Under the pieces are notes generated by a model that saw only the letters and a list, made by a program, of their open reading frames with translations, did not search any database and was not told where the DNA came from. A program made the translations under genes and the position numbers. Positions 29,702-40,197 of a DNA stretch of 64,000 bases are shown here, piece after piece. Numbering within the stretch: position 1 is the stretch's first letter; every line of letters starts with the position of its first letter. The stretch comes from an uncultured Acidobacteriota bacterium (GTDB lineage: Bacteria; Acidobacteriota; Thermoanaerobaculia; UBA5066; Gp7-AA6). The stretch spans positions 320,001 to 384,000 of the forward strand of contig CAVXTP010000021.1 of NCBI GenBank assembly GCA_963764715.1, in the 5' to 3' direction.

Positions 29702-32142
29702 CGCCCGAGCGCTGGAAACGCGTGCGGGAGGTCTTCGACCGCGCCGCGGATCTGGCGCCGGGAGATCGGGACGCGCTCCTGGACGCGGAGTGCGGAGCGG
29801 ACGCGGCGCTGGAGTCCGAGGTCCGGTCGCTCCTCGCTTCGGGAGCCGCGGCCGGCGCCTTTCTCGAGGTCCCCGCGGTGGAGCAGGTCACTCGCTGGGC
29901 GCCCCCGCCGGAGGAGCCGCTTCCTTCCCGGATCGGAACCTGGGAAATCCTGCGCGCGGTCGGCCACGGCGGAATGGGCGCCGTCTACCTCGGGGTGCGG
30001 CGCGACGGCGAGTTCGAGCGGACCGCCGCCGTCAAGCTCGTGCGCCGGGGCATGGACACGGACTTCATCCTGCGGCGCTTCCGGACCGAGCGCGAGATCC
30101 TCGCGGGGCTCGACCATCCGAACATCGCGCGCCTGCTCGATGGCGGATCGACGGCGGAGGGGCTGCCGTACTTCGCGATGGAGTACGTCGAGGGCCGGCA
30201 CCTGCTCGAGGCCTGCGAGGCGCGGGAATGGGGGGAGCGGGAACGGATCGGGCTCTTCCTCCAGGTCTGCGACGCCGTGGGCTACGCCCACCGGCACCTC
30301 GTGGTCCACCGGGACCTCAAGCCCTCCAACATCCTCGTCACGGAAGAAGGATCGCCGAAGCTCCTCGACTTCGGCCTCGCGCGGCTCCTGCAGCCGGACG
30401 CGGGGCCCTCACGCGAGCGCACCGAGACGATGTTCCGCCTCCTCACGCCGGACTACGCCAGCCCCGAGCAGGTGCGCGGGGAGCGCATCACGACGGCCGC
30501 CGACATTTACTCGCTCGGCGTGGTGCTCTATCACCTGCTCGCCGGCCGCGGTCCCTATCGGACCACGGGCTCGGCCGAGGCGATCGCCCGGGCCGTCTGC
30601 GACCAGGAGCCCGAGCGGCCGGGGCTGGCCCGGGACCTCGACAACATCATCCTCATGGCGCTGCGCAAGGAGCCCGAGCGCCGTTACGACTCGGTCGGGG
30701 CGTTCGCGGAGGACCTGCGGCGCTACCTCGAGGGGCGGCCGGTGCTGGCGCGCAAGGACACGCTGGCGTACCGGGGCGCCAAGTTCGTCGCGCGGCACAA
30801 GGCCGGGACGGCCGTGGCGGCGCTCGGCGCGGCGGCCCTCGTCGCGGCTCTCGCCGCCGCCGTCCACCAGGCCCGGGTCGCCGGGCTCGAGCGGGCCGCC
30901 GCCGAGCGCCACTTCAACGAGGTCCGGCAGCTCGCGGACTCGTTCCTCTTCGAGTTCCACGACGCGATCAAGGACCTTCCCGGCTCGACGCCCGCCCGCG
31001 AGATCGTCGTGCGTCGAGCGCTCGAGTACCTCGAGAAGCTTTCGAGCGTGAAGAGCGGCGATCCTGATCTTCAGCGCGAGCTCGCCTCGGCGTACGAGCG
31101 CGTGGCCAGGGTCCAGGGGGGGCTCTTCGAGTCCCACCTCGGCGACACGGAGGGCGCGCGCCGCAGCCTCCTGCGGGCGGTGGCGATCCGCGAGAATCTG
31201 GCGGCGGCCGACGGGGCGGCGCCGGGCGACCGGGCGGCCCTCGCCGAGGCCCAGCTCCAGCTCGCGCAGGTGTTGATGGTGGCGGGCGACGCCTCGGGGG
31301 CGGCGTCGCGCGCGCGGGCGGCGGTCGCGGCGCTGTCCGCCCTGTCGTCGGCCGCGCCGGCGGACCGCCTGCTCCAGGCGCGGCGGGCGCGGGCGGAGCG
31401 CTATCTCGGCGCGGCGCTCGCCCGCGGCGGCTCCCGCGACGAGGGCATCGAGCACCTCGCCTCGGCGGCCCGGACTTTCGCGAGCCTCGCGGAGGCCGAC
31501 GCCGCGAGCACCTCGTACCGGCGCGAGCTCGGCATCACGCACCAGATGATCGTCCATGCGCTCGGGGGAAGCGGCGAGCGCGAGCGCGCGCTCGAGAGCT
31601 ACCGCACGGCGGTGGCGCTGCAGGAGGACCTGGTCCGCGCCGAGCCAGGGAACTTTTCGCTTCGGCGCGAGCTCGCCTACACCCACGTGAGCCTGGGGGA
31701 GTTCTTCGAGTGGAGCGGCGATTCGAAGGGCGCCCTGCAGGCCTACCTCACGGCGCTGCCGATTCTCGAGTCGCTCGTGGCCTCGGACCCGCGCAACGCG
31801 GACGCGCGGCTGCTCCTGGCCGAAGCCTGCAACAGCGTGGGCTACGGCCAGGCGATGGCGGGCCAGACCGAGGCGGCGCTCGCCAACCTCCGACGCTCCC
31901 AGGGCCTCTTCGACCGGATCGCCGCCTCCGACCCGGCCAACGCCCGGGCCGCCCTGGGCCTCGCCCGGCTCTACGAGAGCTTCGCGACGGCCCAGGCCGC
32001 GCACCGCGCCGAGGCGCTCGCCTGGTACCGGCGGAGCGAGGCCGCGTACGTCGCGCTGCGCGAGCGCGGATTGCTCGATCCCCAGGCCGCGACCGAGCTC
32101 CAGGCCGTCTCGAAGAAGATCGCGGCCCTCGGCGCCGGCTGA
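29698..32142 (+). CDS. Hanks-type Ser/Thr protein kinase with TM segment and C-terminal TPR-like domain
   Basis: ATGA overlap with the sigma gene; GHGGMGAVY, AVK, HRDLKPSN, DFG, YASPEQ; hydrophobic segment, then helical repeats. Confidence 0.92.
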   Translation: MTPERWKRVREVFDRAADLAPGDRDALLDAECGADAALESEVRSLLASGAAAGAFLEVPAVEQVTRWAPPPEEPLPSRIGTWEILRAVGHGGMGAVYLGVRRDGEFERTAAVKLVRRGMDTDFILRRFRTEREILAGLDHPNIARLLDGGSTAEGLPYFAMEYVEGRHLLEACEAREWGERERIGLFLQVCDAVGYAHRHLVVHRDLKPSNILVTEEGSPKLLDFGLARLLQPDAGPSRERTETMFRLLTPDYASPEQVRGERITTAADIYSLGVVLYHLLAGRGPYRTTGSAEAIARAVCDQEPERPGLARDLDNIILMALRKEPERRYDSVGAFAEDLRRYLEGRPVLARKDTLAYRGAKFVARHKAGTAVAALGAAALVAALAAAVHQARVAGLERAAAERHFNEVRQLADSFLFEFHDAIKDLPGSTPAREIVVRRALEYLEKLSSVKSGDPDLQRELASAYERVARVQGGLFESHLGDTEGARRSLLRAVAIRENLAAADGAAPGDRAALAEAQLQLAQVLMVAGDASGAASRARAAVAALSALSSAAPADRLLQARRARAERYLGAALARGGSRDEGIEHLASAARTFASLAEADAASTSYRRELGITHQMIVHALGGSGERERALESYRTAVALQEDLVRAEPGNFSLRRELAYTHVSLGEFFEWSGDSKGALQAYLTALPILESLVASDPRNADARLLLAEACNSVGYGQAMAGQTEAALANLRRSQGLFDRIAASDPANARAALGLARLYESFATAQAAHRAEALAWYRRSEAAYVALRERGLLDPQAATELQAVSKKIAALGAG

Positions 32143-32160
32143 GAACGGGCCCGGAGTTTC

Positions 32161-32835
32161 TCAGTGCTTCCCGGGAGCCAGCGCGACGCCCTTGCGCGCG
32201 GACAGGATGTAGGCCTCGAGCGAGCGCAGTCGCGGGTCGTTTTCGGCCAGGGGCTGTCCCTTGAGCGGGTTCTCGATGCACCAGTTGATCATGTCCCGCA
32301 GGAGCGCCATCTTCTTGGTCTGGACCTGGAACTTCGGATAGCTCTCGGGGTGCGTGTTCGAGGCATCCGGGTGGCACATGTCGCAGGAGATGCCGATGGT
32401 GCCGCCGAGGGCCTTCGCGTTGTGGAAGTTCTTGTAGCCCTCCTCGATCCACGCCTTCTCCTCTTTGCTCCAGAGCATCTGATCGCGGGCCGTGAACTTC
32501 GTGGACTGGCCGGGCCCCGTCGGGGCCGGGGTCGCCGACTGTTGCGTCCCGGCGCCGGCCGGCGCTTCCGCCGACCAGTACGCCCAGCGCTCCTCGCCCT
32601 GGGTCCGGCGCCAGGCCTCCAGCATCTCCGCCGCGGCCCGGCGCGCGTCGGCGGGGGAGAGCTCCTGCCCGGGCGCGAGGCCGGGCACGGTCATGCGGCT
32701 CTCACCGTCGCAGAGCGAAACCGTCACGCCGGGGGCGGCGGCGGCCTTCGGGTCGTTTTCCGGCGGGGCGGCCAGGGCGAGGGCGGCCACGGGCACCGCG
32801 GCCAGGATCCAGAGTCCTCGAACGCTCGTTGCCAT
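32161..32835 (-). CDS. Secreted monoheme cytochrome c, SoxA/TsdA-like domain
   Basis: Signal peptide; CDMCH; YPKF...LRDMINWCIENPLKGQPL...LEAYI resembles the His/Cys-ligated heme domain. Confidence 0.75.
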   Translation of the reverse strand: MATSVRGLWILAAVPVAALALAAPPENDPKAAAAPGVTVSLCDGESRMTVPGLAPGQELSPADARRAAAEMLEAWRRTQGEERWAYWSAEAPAGAGTQQSATPAPTGPGQSTKFTARDQMLWSKEEKAWIEEGYKNFHNAKALGGTIGISCDMCHPDASNTHPESYPKFQVQTKKMALLRDMINWCIENPLKGQPLAENDPRLRSLEAYILSARKGVALAPGKH

Positions 32836-32845
32836 CGTGTCCTCC

Positions 32846-33952
32846 CTAGTAGTTGACGTCGGTCTCGCGCGGCGGCGCGCCGGTCGCCCCGTTGGAATCG
32901 AGGTAGGCGGCCGTGACCGTGACGGGGTTGCGGCTCCAGAGGTTGTAGACCGCGTTGACCCGGCCGTTGCGAAGGACGTCGATCGAGCCGTCGCCGCAGC
33001 CGTCGAGCTCGTCGAAGGGGTCGGCGCGGTTCATGCGCACCGTCAGCGCGGGCAGACCCTGCGGCGCGTAGGGCCAGGGCCACGCCGTGGAGAGCATGCC
33101 GTGGAACTGGATGTTGCCGATGCGGTTGGTCAACACCTGGTGGGTGTGTCCGTGGATGACGGTGACGGTCTGGAAGGGCGCGAGGATCTGCTGGACCTGC
33201 TCGGCGTCGTCGGTCCAGAAGTTCCAGGGCTTGTAGATCTTGTAGAGGGGAGAGTGCGAGAACACGATGATCGGAGTGGCGGGCTTGACCTTGGCCAGGT
33301 CGTTCTTGAGCCAGTCTCGCTGCGCCGCGCCCACCGTGAAGGGCCGGCCGTTGGGGTTGTCGAGCTGGGCCATCGCCAGCATCCGCTCCATCGGCGTCAT
33401 CTTCGGCCCCGACCAGTAGTCCTCGACGATGACCGAGTTGAGGACCACCATGTGCACGCCCTTGTGGTCGAACGAGTAGGTGTCCTTGCCGAACCGCTTG
33501 CGCCACTCGTCGCCCATGTCGAAGTACCAGTCGTGCTCGCCGACCATCATTTTCACGGGGGCCTTGAGGGCCTTCAGAATCTGCGCGCCCTCGGCGATCT
33601 CCGCGGGCTGGCCGAGCTGGGCGAGGTCGCCTCCGTAGAAGACGAAGTCGGGCTGGGGGTCCATGGCGTTGACGTCGTCGACCGCCTTGAGGATTGCGCG
33701 GACGAAACGCTCGTTGAGGGACTTCTGGTACAGGTGACTGTCGGAGATGTAGGCGAACCGGAAGCTCTTTTCGGGCGCGTCGGGGTTCACGACGTCGACC
33801 GGCTGGAAGGAGTGGGGGAACATCTTCCCGGTCGCCATCGCCGTGGCCGCGGCCACGCTCGAGGCCTTCAGGAAGTCGCGGCGGTTCAGCCGAAAGACGC
33901 GGTCGAAGTAGGACTGGCGCCTCTCCAGGTATTTTTCGAAACGGTCCTTCAT
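32846..33952 (-). CDS. Tat-exported calcineurin-like metallophosphoesterase
   Basis: NRRDFLK twin-arginine leader; DSH, GGDL, GEHD, HSP, GHTH motifs. Confidence 0.88.
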   Translation of the reverse strand: MKDRFEKYLERRQSYFDRVFRLNRRDFLKASSVAAATAMATGKMFPHSFQPVDVVNPDAPEKSFRFAYISDSHLYQKSLNERFVRAILKAVDDVNAMDPQPDFVFYGGDLAQLGQPAEIAEGAQILKALKAPVKMMVGEHDWYFDMGDEWRKRFGKDTYSFDHKGVHMVVLNSVIVEDYWSGPKMTPMERMLAMAQLDNPNGRPFTVGAAQRDWLKNDLAKVKPATPIIVFSHSPLYKIYKPWNFWTDDAEQVQQILAPFQTVTVIHGHTHQVLTNRIGNIQFHGMLSTAWPWPYAPQGLPALTVRMNRADPFDELDGCGDGSIDVLRNGRVNAVYNLWSRNPVTVTAAYLDSNGATGAPPRETDVNY

Positions 33953-35082
33953 CGCGATCCCTCCTTCTTGGCGGGGTCCTGGAGCTCGGCGCGCGTGGGC
34001 GCGCCCGCGCCCTGTCCGGTCAACGACTCCATGAACGCCACGAGGTCCTGCTTTTCCTGGTCCGTCAGCTTCAGCGGAACGATGCCTCCGTCGAGGTACG
34101 GGTTCGGCTCGCCCCCCTTGTCGTAGAAGATCACGACGTCGAGGAGCGTCGCCTCGCTTCCGTCGTGCATGTAGGGGGCCGAGAGCGCGATGTCGCGCAG
34201 CCCGGGTGTCTTGAACGCGCCGATGTCCTTGGGCTGCTTCGTCACGACGAAGCGACCGAGCTCGGTGAAGTCGGGACTGAAGGCGAGCTCGTCGGGGTTC
34301 GCCATGCCCGCGGCCTTACGGGAAAGCGAGTTGAAGTCTCGGCCCTTGGCGGCCACTCCGATGTTGTGGAACTTGTTGTCGGAGAAGTTGGGCGTGGCAT
34401 TGCCGAAGGGATGACACGTATTGCAGCGGGCCTTGCCGTTCCAGAGGTCCCACCCGCGCTGGGCGGACTCGGAGATGGCGGTCTTGTCTCCGGCGTGAAA
34501 GCGGTCGAAGGCCGAATTCCCGCTGACGACGGTGCGTTCGAAGGTGGCGATGGCTGCCACGATGTCGTCGATCGTGGGCTCGCGGCCGAAGACTTTCTGG
34601 AACGCTTCCCGATACTCCGGCACGCCCCGCACGACCTCGACCACGACGGCGTGGCTGTCCATGGCCATCTCGACGCCGTTCGTCATCGGCCCCTTGGCCT
34701 GCTCCTCGAGGCTCGGGGCGCGGCCGTCCCAGAACTGGAACTCGTTGAAGACCGAGTTCAGCACCGTCGGGCTGTTTCGCGTCCCCTTCTTCCCGCCGAC
34801 GCCTTCGGCCACCTTCTTGCCGTCGGCGAATCCCTTCTCCGGGTCGTGGCAGGTCGCGCAGGAGACCGTTCCGTCCTTCGAGAGCCGCTTGTCGTAATAG
34901 AGCTTGCGGCCGAGCGCCGTCTTCTCGGGAGTCACGGGGTTGCCCGGCGGGATCAGGAGCTCCCAGAGGTCGGCCGGCAACCCTGCCGGCAAGGCCCGCG
35001 CCGGCTCCCCGGCCCGGGCCAGTGCGCCCCAGCCGATGAGCCCCGCGGCGAGAACGCCGAGAGTCGGCCACATCCTTCGCAT
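33949..35082 (-). CDS. Diheme cytochrome c peroxidase (CcpA/MauG family)
   Basis: CATCH and CNTCH; LGRKLYYD.RLS, QFWDGRA.SLEEQA, FKTPGLR, APYMHDGS. Confidence 0.92.
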   Translation of the reverse strand: MRRMWPTLGVLAAGLIGWGALARAGEPARALPAGLPADLWELLIPPGNPVTPEKTALGRKLYYDKRLSKDGTVSCATCHDPEKGFADGKKVAEGVGGKKGTRNSPTVLNSVFNEFQFWDGRAPSLEEQAKGPMTNGVEMAMDSHAVVVEVVRGVPEYREAFQKVFGREPTIDDIVAAIATFERTVVSGNSAFDRFHAGDKTAISESAQRGWDLWNGKARCNTCHPFGNATPNFSDNKFHNIGVAAKGRDFNSLSRKAAGMANPDELAFSPDFTELGRFVVTKQPKDIGAFKTPGLRDIALSAPYMHDGSEATLLDVVIFYDKGGEPNPYLDGGIVPLKLTDQEKQDLVAFMESLTGQGAGAPTRAELQDPAKKEGSR

Positions 35083-35234
35083 GGGGCGACGATAGGAGGG
35101 AACACCCCGGCGCCGGAATGATGCGCGTGCATCAAATCGCGCGGCGGATCACCCGGTCTCCGACACGAACGAGCCGACCGGCGGTCACTATCCGCTGGCG
35201 CTCGACCGCGGGAATCGCGTGTGCGGCGATTCCC

Positions 35235-37673
35235 TCACTGAAGAGAGAACGTCTTGACGATGAACACGGCCATCTGACCCCGGGTGTTGGGATTGCCGGG
35301 ACAGTAGTTGCCGCCGCCGCATCCGCCGGTGATCTGCTCGGCTGCGAGCTGCTCGATCCAGTCGGCGAACTGCGACGGGCACTGGACGTCGGCGAAGGTT
35401 CCCGCGCAGGGGGGCGGCGCGTAGCTCGAGCCGTGCCTGGCCTTGAGCAGGAAGACGGCCATCTGGTCGCGGCGGACCGGGTTGCCGGGACAGTACTTGC
35501 CGCCGCCGCAGCCGCCGGTGATCCCCTCGGCCGCCAGCGCCTCGATCCAGTTGGCGAAGGTCGAGGGGCACGCGACGTCCGGGAACGTGCCGGCGCACGG
35601 CGGAGGCGTGTAGCAGAGCCCGTGCTTGCCCTTGAGCAGGAAAACCGCCATCTGCTGGCGCAGCGTGCTCGTGTCCACGGCGTACATGCCGCCGCCGACG
35701 CCGGCCGTGATGGCGTTCGAGACGAGCTTGGAGATGAACGCGTAGAACTGGTTGGCCACGGGGACGTCCAGAAAGTCCGCAACGAATCCCTTGACGAGGG
35801 TGCCCGCGGTGCCGTCCGTGTTGGACAGCGTCACGTCGTGGACGCTGCCCGGGGTCAGGGCCGGGGTTTGCGCCGTGGCGGTCGTGCTTCCCGTGACGTT
35901 GACGTTGGTGGCGGGTAGGCCGCCGACCGTGACCGAGGCTCCGGCAACGAAGTTGCTGCCCGAGAGCGTGATCGTCGTACCGCCGGCCGCCGGGCCGGCC
36001 ACCGGATCGATCGCGTAGACCAGTCTCTGCGAGAACTCGGACGTGTTGCCGTTAGGGTCCGTGGCCGTCGCGGCCACGGGTTGGCCGGGTTGGATGGTCA
36101 TGGGCAGGGTGAGGTCGAAGGTCGCGTCTCCCGAGCCGTCGGTCGTGACCTGGGTCGCCCCGAGGTACGTCTGGCCCTCGAGGAATTCGTGGGGAAAGTT
36201 CGAGCAGGCGGCGTTGGCGTAGAAGTCGAGATCGTAGACGGTCGATGCGGCGGAATGCAGGACGCCGGTCACGTGCGTGCCCGCTCCCTGAGGCAGCGCC
36301 GGCGCCGCGGACGTCAGGATGGGCGAGTTCTGCGAGAGGTTCCCGCCGCCGTCGGCGTCGAGCGGGTCGTTGGGCGTGGGGCCGTCGTTGTTCAGGTCGA
36401 TGCCGAGGCCCCGGTATGCCGAGGCACCGTTGGAGGTGTTGGCGAATATCGAATTGCCGCGAATCGAGTTGTTGACGCGCCCGCCTCCCATCACGTCGAT
36501 GCCGCCGCCGGTCGACGCCGTGGCGCCGTTGTAGGCGATGACGTTGCCCTCGCCCGGATTCGGTCCGCCGATCGTGTTGCTGCTCCCGTAGATGTCGATG
36601 CCCGTGACGCCGTTTCCCAGGGGAGTCGTCCCGTCGGCGCCGACGCCGATGAGGTTGCCCTGGAGGACCGCGCCGTACGTGAGGTACATCCCGCCCCCGT
36701 TGCCCGAGATCACGTTGCCGGCCCCCGGGGCGCTGCCGCCGAGGGTCAGCCCGCCGTCGTTGACCGCCAGTCCGCCGCCGTTTCCGAGAGCGGCCAGCCC
36801 CGTCACATCCGTCCCGATGAAATTCCCCTGGATCGTCGCCGTCACGCCGGCCGGGCCCCCGCTCGCGAACCCGATGCCGTTGATGGTGTTGCCCGAGATG
36901 ACGTTGCGCGCCGCCGGCGTCGTGCCGCCGATCAGCGCGCCCGCGGTCCCCCACGCGAGGTGGACCCCGGTACCGTTACCGAGGGCCGCGAGACCCGAAA
37001 CGTCGGTGCCGATGAGGTTACCCTGGACGACGTGGGCGGAGCCGCCGAATCCGAGCGGCCCGAACTGGACGCCGATCCCGTTGCCCGAGATGAGATTGCG
37101 GGCCGCCGGGGTGACGCCCCCGAAGACCACGCCGACTCCGCCAGCCGTCTGGACCCCCACGGCGTTGCCGTGGATGACCAATCCCGACGGATCCGTGCCG
37201 AAGAAGCAACCCTCGATTGCCTGGCCGGTCCCTCCGCCGACGATGATCGCCGGAGCCGGCGATCGGTTAACGACCAATCCCCGGACGATCGAGCCGTCGC
37301 TCCCGGCGGAGAGCGTCATGCACGAGCCGCCGATGCCTCCCACCGTGGCCGTGCAGTCGATCTCGATGCGAAGCACCGTGTTGAGGCCCTGCCCCGACGG
37401 GAGAGTGTTCGGAGTCGCGCCGGATTGCGTGTACCCGTCCAGCGTCACCGGACTGGCGATCGCGTTCAGGTTCGAGCCGACGACGATCGTGTGGACGCCC
37501 GAGCCCGGGATGTTGAACGCGATCGTGTCGAGCCCGGCGCTCGCGTTGGCGTCGAGGATCGCCTGGCGGAGAGACCCGGCGCCGCTGTCGTTCGTGTTGG
37601 TGACCGTGAAGGTGGCCGCGGACGCCAGGGACGCGAAGACACAGAGGGTGAGAGAGCCGGCCAGGGTTCGCAT
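35235..37673 (-). CDS. Beta-helix/IPT/SLH surface protein (paralog 14)
   Basis: ATG 37673 (MRTLAGSL...) after TAGGAGG; the ORF-track 1617 aa call is an upstream over-extension. Confidence 0.88.
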   Translation of the reverse strand: MRTLAGSLTLCVFASLASAATFTVTNTNDSGAGSLRQAILDANASAGLDTIAFNIPGSGVHTIVVGSNLNAIASPVTLDGYTQSGATPNTLPSGQGLNTVLRIEIDCTATVGGIGGSCMTLSAGSDGSIVRGLVVNRSPAPAIIVGGGTGQAIEGCFFGTDPSGLVIHGNAVGVQTAGGVGVVFGGVTPAARNLISGNGIGVQFGPLGFGGSAHVVQGNLIGTDVSGLAALGNGTGVHLAWGTAGALIGGTTPAARNVISGNTINGIGFASGGPAGVTATIQGNFIGTDVTGLAALGNGGGLAVNDGGLTLGGSAPGAGNVISGNGGGMYLTYGAVLQGNLIGVGADGTTPLGNGVTGIDIYGSSNTIGGPNPGEGNVIAYNGATASTGGGIDVMGGGRVNNSIRGNSIFANTSNGASAYRGLGIDLNNDGPTPNDPLDADGGGNLSQNSPILTSAAPALPQGAGTHVTGVLHSAASTVYDLDFYANAACSNFPHEFLEGQTYLGATQVTTDGSGDATFDLTLPMTIQPGQPVAATATDPNGNTSEFSQRLVYAIDPVAGPAAGGTTITLSGSNFVAGASVTVGGLPATNVNVTGSTTATAQTPALTPGSVHDVTLSNTDGTAGTLVKGFVADFLDVPVANQFYAFISKLVSNAITAGVGGGMYAVDTSTLRQQMAVFLLKGKHGLCYTPPPCAGTFPDVACPSTFANWIEALAAEGITGGCGGGKYCPGNPVRRDQMAVFLLKARHGSSYAPPPCAGTFADVQCPSQFADWIEQLAAEQITGGCGGGNYCPGNPNTRGQMAVFIVKTFSLQ

Positions 37674-37681
37674 GCGCCCTC

Positions 37682-40081
37682 CTACTGAAGCTTGAACGTC
37701 TTGACGATGAAAACCGCCATCTGCCCCCGTGTGTTGTTGGTTTGCGGGCAGTAGTTGCCGCCGCCGCAACCGCCGGTGATCTGCTCGGCCGCCAGGTGCT
37801 CGATCCAGTCGGCGAAGGCCGACGGGCAGGCGACGTCGGGGAATGTCCCCGCGCACGGGGGCGGCACGTAGTTCGAGCCGTGCTCGGCCTTGAGAAGAAA
37901 GACCGCCATCTGGTCGCGCCGCACGGGATTGCCGGGGCAGTAGTTGCCACCGCCGCATCCGCCGGTGATGCCCTCGGCGGCGAGGGCCTCGATCCAGTTG
38001 GCGAAGGTCGACGGGCAGGGTACGTCCGGAAACGTGCCCGTGCAGGCCGGGGGCACGTAGCAGAGGCCGAACTTCGCCTTGAGCAGAAAGACGGCCATCT
38101 GCTGGCGCAGCGTCGGCTGATTCACGCCGTAGAGGCCGCCGCCCACGCCGACGGTGATGGTGTTGGAGACGAGCGTCGTCACGGAGGGATAGAAGATGTT
38201 GGAGGAGGGCACGTCGAGGAAGTCCGAGACGAAGCCCTTCGGGAGCGTCCCGGCGCTGCCGTCGAGATTGACGACGGTGACGTCGTTGACCGTGCCGGCG
38301 GGCAGCGCCGGAGACGTCGCGCCGATCTGCGTGCTCGACCCGACGTTGACGCCCGAGGCCGCCACGCCGCCGATCGTCACCGTCGCGCCGGCCGCGAAGT
38401 CCGTTCCCGCGAGGGCGACCGCGGTGCCCCCGGCCGGCGGGCCGGAGGTCGGCAGGATGGCGAAGACGATGCGCTGCGAGAACTCCGACGTGTTCCCGGC
38501 GGGGTCGGTCGCGGTGGCGGTGACCCGAGCTGCCGGGTCGAGCACGACGGGAAGGGTCACGTCGAAGATGCCCGTGCCCGCGCCATCGGTCGCGACCTGG
38601 CCGAAGCCGAGATACGTCTCGCCCTCGATGAACTCGCGCGGGAAGCGAGCGCAGGCGGGGTTCGCGTAGAAGTCGAGGGTGTAAGTCGTCGACGGCGCCG
38701 AGTGCAGGATGCCCTGGAACCGCGTGTCGGTGCCCTGCGGCCCGACGAGCCCCGTCACCGTGGTCACGATCGGGAAGTTCTGAAACTCGTTGCCGACGCC
38801 GGTGTCGGAATCGCCCGGGTCGTTGGGAGTGACGCCGAGGGTGCCGTCGCTGTTGTCGATCCCGATGCCAAAGTTGTCGTGGATCGAGTTGCCGCGGATC
38901 GTGACACGGAGCCCCAGGTTCCAGATCCCTCCGGTGAACAGGATCCCCCCGAGGCTCGGGTAGCCCTGGTTGAAGGCGATCACGTTGCCCTCGCCCGCCC
39001 CGGGCCCGCCGATCACGACGTTCGTCGTGTCGAGGGTGTTGAGCAGTATGGACAGATTGTTCGGCACCGGCAGTGTTCCCGTCGGGTCGGTGCCGATGAG
39101 GTTGCCTTGAATCACCGAGCCGGCGATGCCGTTGTTCAGGATGATGGCCTGATTGTTGCCCGAGATGACGTTGCCCTCTCCGGGCGCCGGACCTCCGATG
39201 TCGATGCTCTCGGTCAGGGCGGCGTCGATGCCGAAGTTGTTCGGAAGTGCCATCGTCCCGCTGATGTCGGTGCCGATGAAGTTGCCCAGGATTCGGTTTC
39301 CCGCGCCGGACTGCACCACGTAGAGCCCGTTGCCGTTCGTGTTGCCGGAGATCACGTTGCGTGCGCCGGCCGCGGCGCCGCCGACCAGCGTGTTCGTGGC
39401 GAGGACGAGCGTGACTCCGGTGCCGTTCTCGAGCGCGCCGGTTCCGTCGGCCGTCGTCCCGATCCGATTCCCCTGGATCACGTTGGCGTCGCCGGTGATG
39501 ATGTGGACGCCGGAGCCGCCGTTTCCCGAGACGAGGTTTCCGGCCCCGGCCGACGTCCCACCGATCGTGTTGCCGTCGGAGGCCTGGATGTAGACGCCGT
39601 CGCCGACGCTCAAGTCGACCGTCCCCGTCGGGTCCGTGCCGACGTAGCAGCCCTCGACGAGGTTGCCGCCGCCGGTCCCGAGGCTGATCTGCGCCGAGAA
39701 GCCGTTGACGACGAGCGCGCGGACGGTGCTCCCGCCCGCGGTGATCCGGATGCCGTTGCCCAGAGGCGCGCCGGCCGTGATCTCGATGAGCGGGCTGCCC
39801 GCGTAGCCGGGTTGCGTCGTCCCGTCGATGATCACCGGATCGGTGATCGTGGGCGGGCTCGTCGCCAGACTGATCGTGTGGACGCCGCCGCCCGCGATGG
39901 CGAAGGCAATGGTGTCGAAGACTCCGACAGACGCGTTCGAAGCGTCGATTGCGTCGCGGAACGATCCGGCTCCGCCGTCGTTCGTGTTTGTCACCGTGAT
40001 GGTCACGGCAAGGAGTTCGCCTCGGGCGAACGACAGACCGAGGGCAACCAGGAGGAGCCGTGCCGCAAGGACTGGGCGCAT
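37682..40081 (-). CDS. Beta-helix/IPT/SLH surface protein (paralog 15)
   Basis: 799 aa, same architecture. Confidence 0.9.
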   Translation of the reverse strand: MRPVLAARLLLVALGLSFARGELLAVTITVTNTNDGGAGSFRDAIDASNASVGVFDTIAFAIAGGGVHTISLATSPPTITDPVIIDGTTQPGYAGSPLIEITAGAPLGNGIRITAGGSTVRALVVNGFSAQISLGTGGGNLVEGCYVGTDPTGTVDLSVGDGVYIQASDGNTIGGTSAGAGNLVSGNGGSGVHIITGDANVIQGNRIGTTADGTGALENGTGVTLVLATNTLVGGAAAGARNVISGNTNGNGLYVVQSGAGNRILGNFIGTDISGTMALPNNFGIDAALTESIDIGGPAPGEGNVISGNNQAIILNNGIAGSVIQGNLIGTDPTGTLPVPNNLSILLNTLDTTNVVIGGPGAGEGNVIAFNQGYPSLGGILFTGGIWNLGLRVTIRGNSIHDNFGIGIDNSDGTLGVTPNDPGDSDTGVGNEFQNFPIVTTVTGLVGPQGTDTRFQGILHSAPSTTYTLDFYANPACARFPREFIEGETYLGFGQVATDGAGTGIFDVTLPVVLDPAARVTATATDPAGNTSEFSQRIVFAILPTSGPPAGGTAVALAGTDFAAGATVTIGGVAASGVNVGSSTQIGATSPALPAGTVNDVTVVNLDGSAGTLPKGFVSDFLDVPSSNIFYPSVTTLVSNTITVGVGGGLYGVNQPTLRQQMAVFLLKAKFGLCYVPPACTGTFPDVPCPSTFANWIEALAAEGITGGCGGGNYCPGNPVRRDQMAVFLLKAEHGSNYVPPPCAGTFPDVACPSAFADWIEHLAAEQITGGCGGGNYCPQTNNTRGQMAVFIVKTFKLQ

Positions 40082-40197
40082 GGACCACCCGCCTTTCCGG
40101 CTTGCCCGCCTGGGGAAGGCGGGCGAGTCTGCAAAAACTCTATCTCAGGAGGGTGCGGACGGGACGGACGAAGGCCGCCGACTGGCCCGACTGGCCC

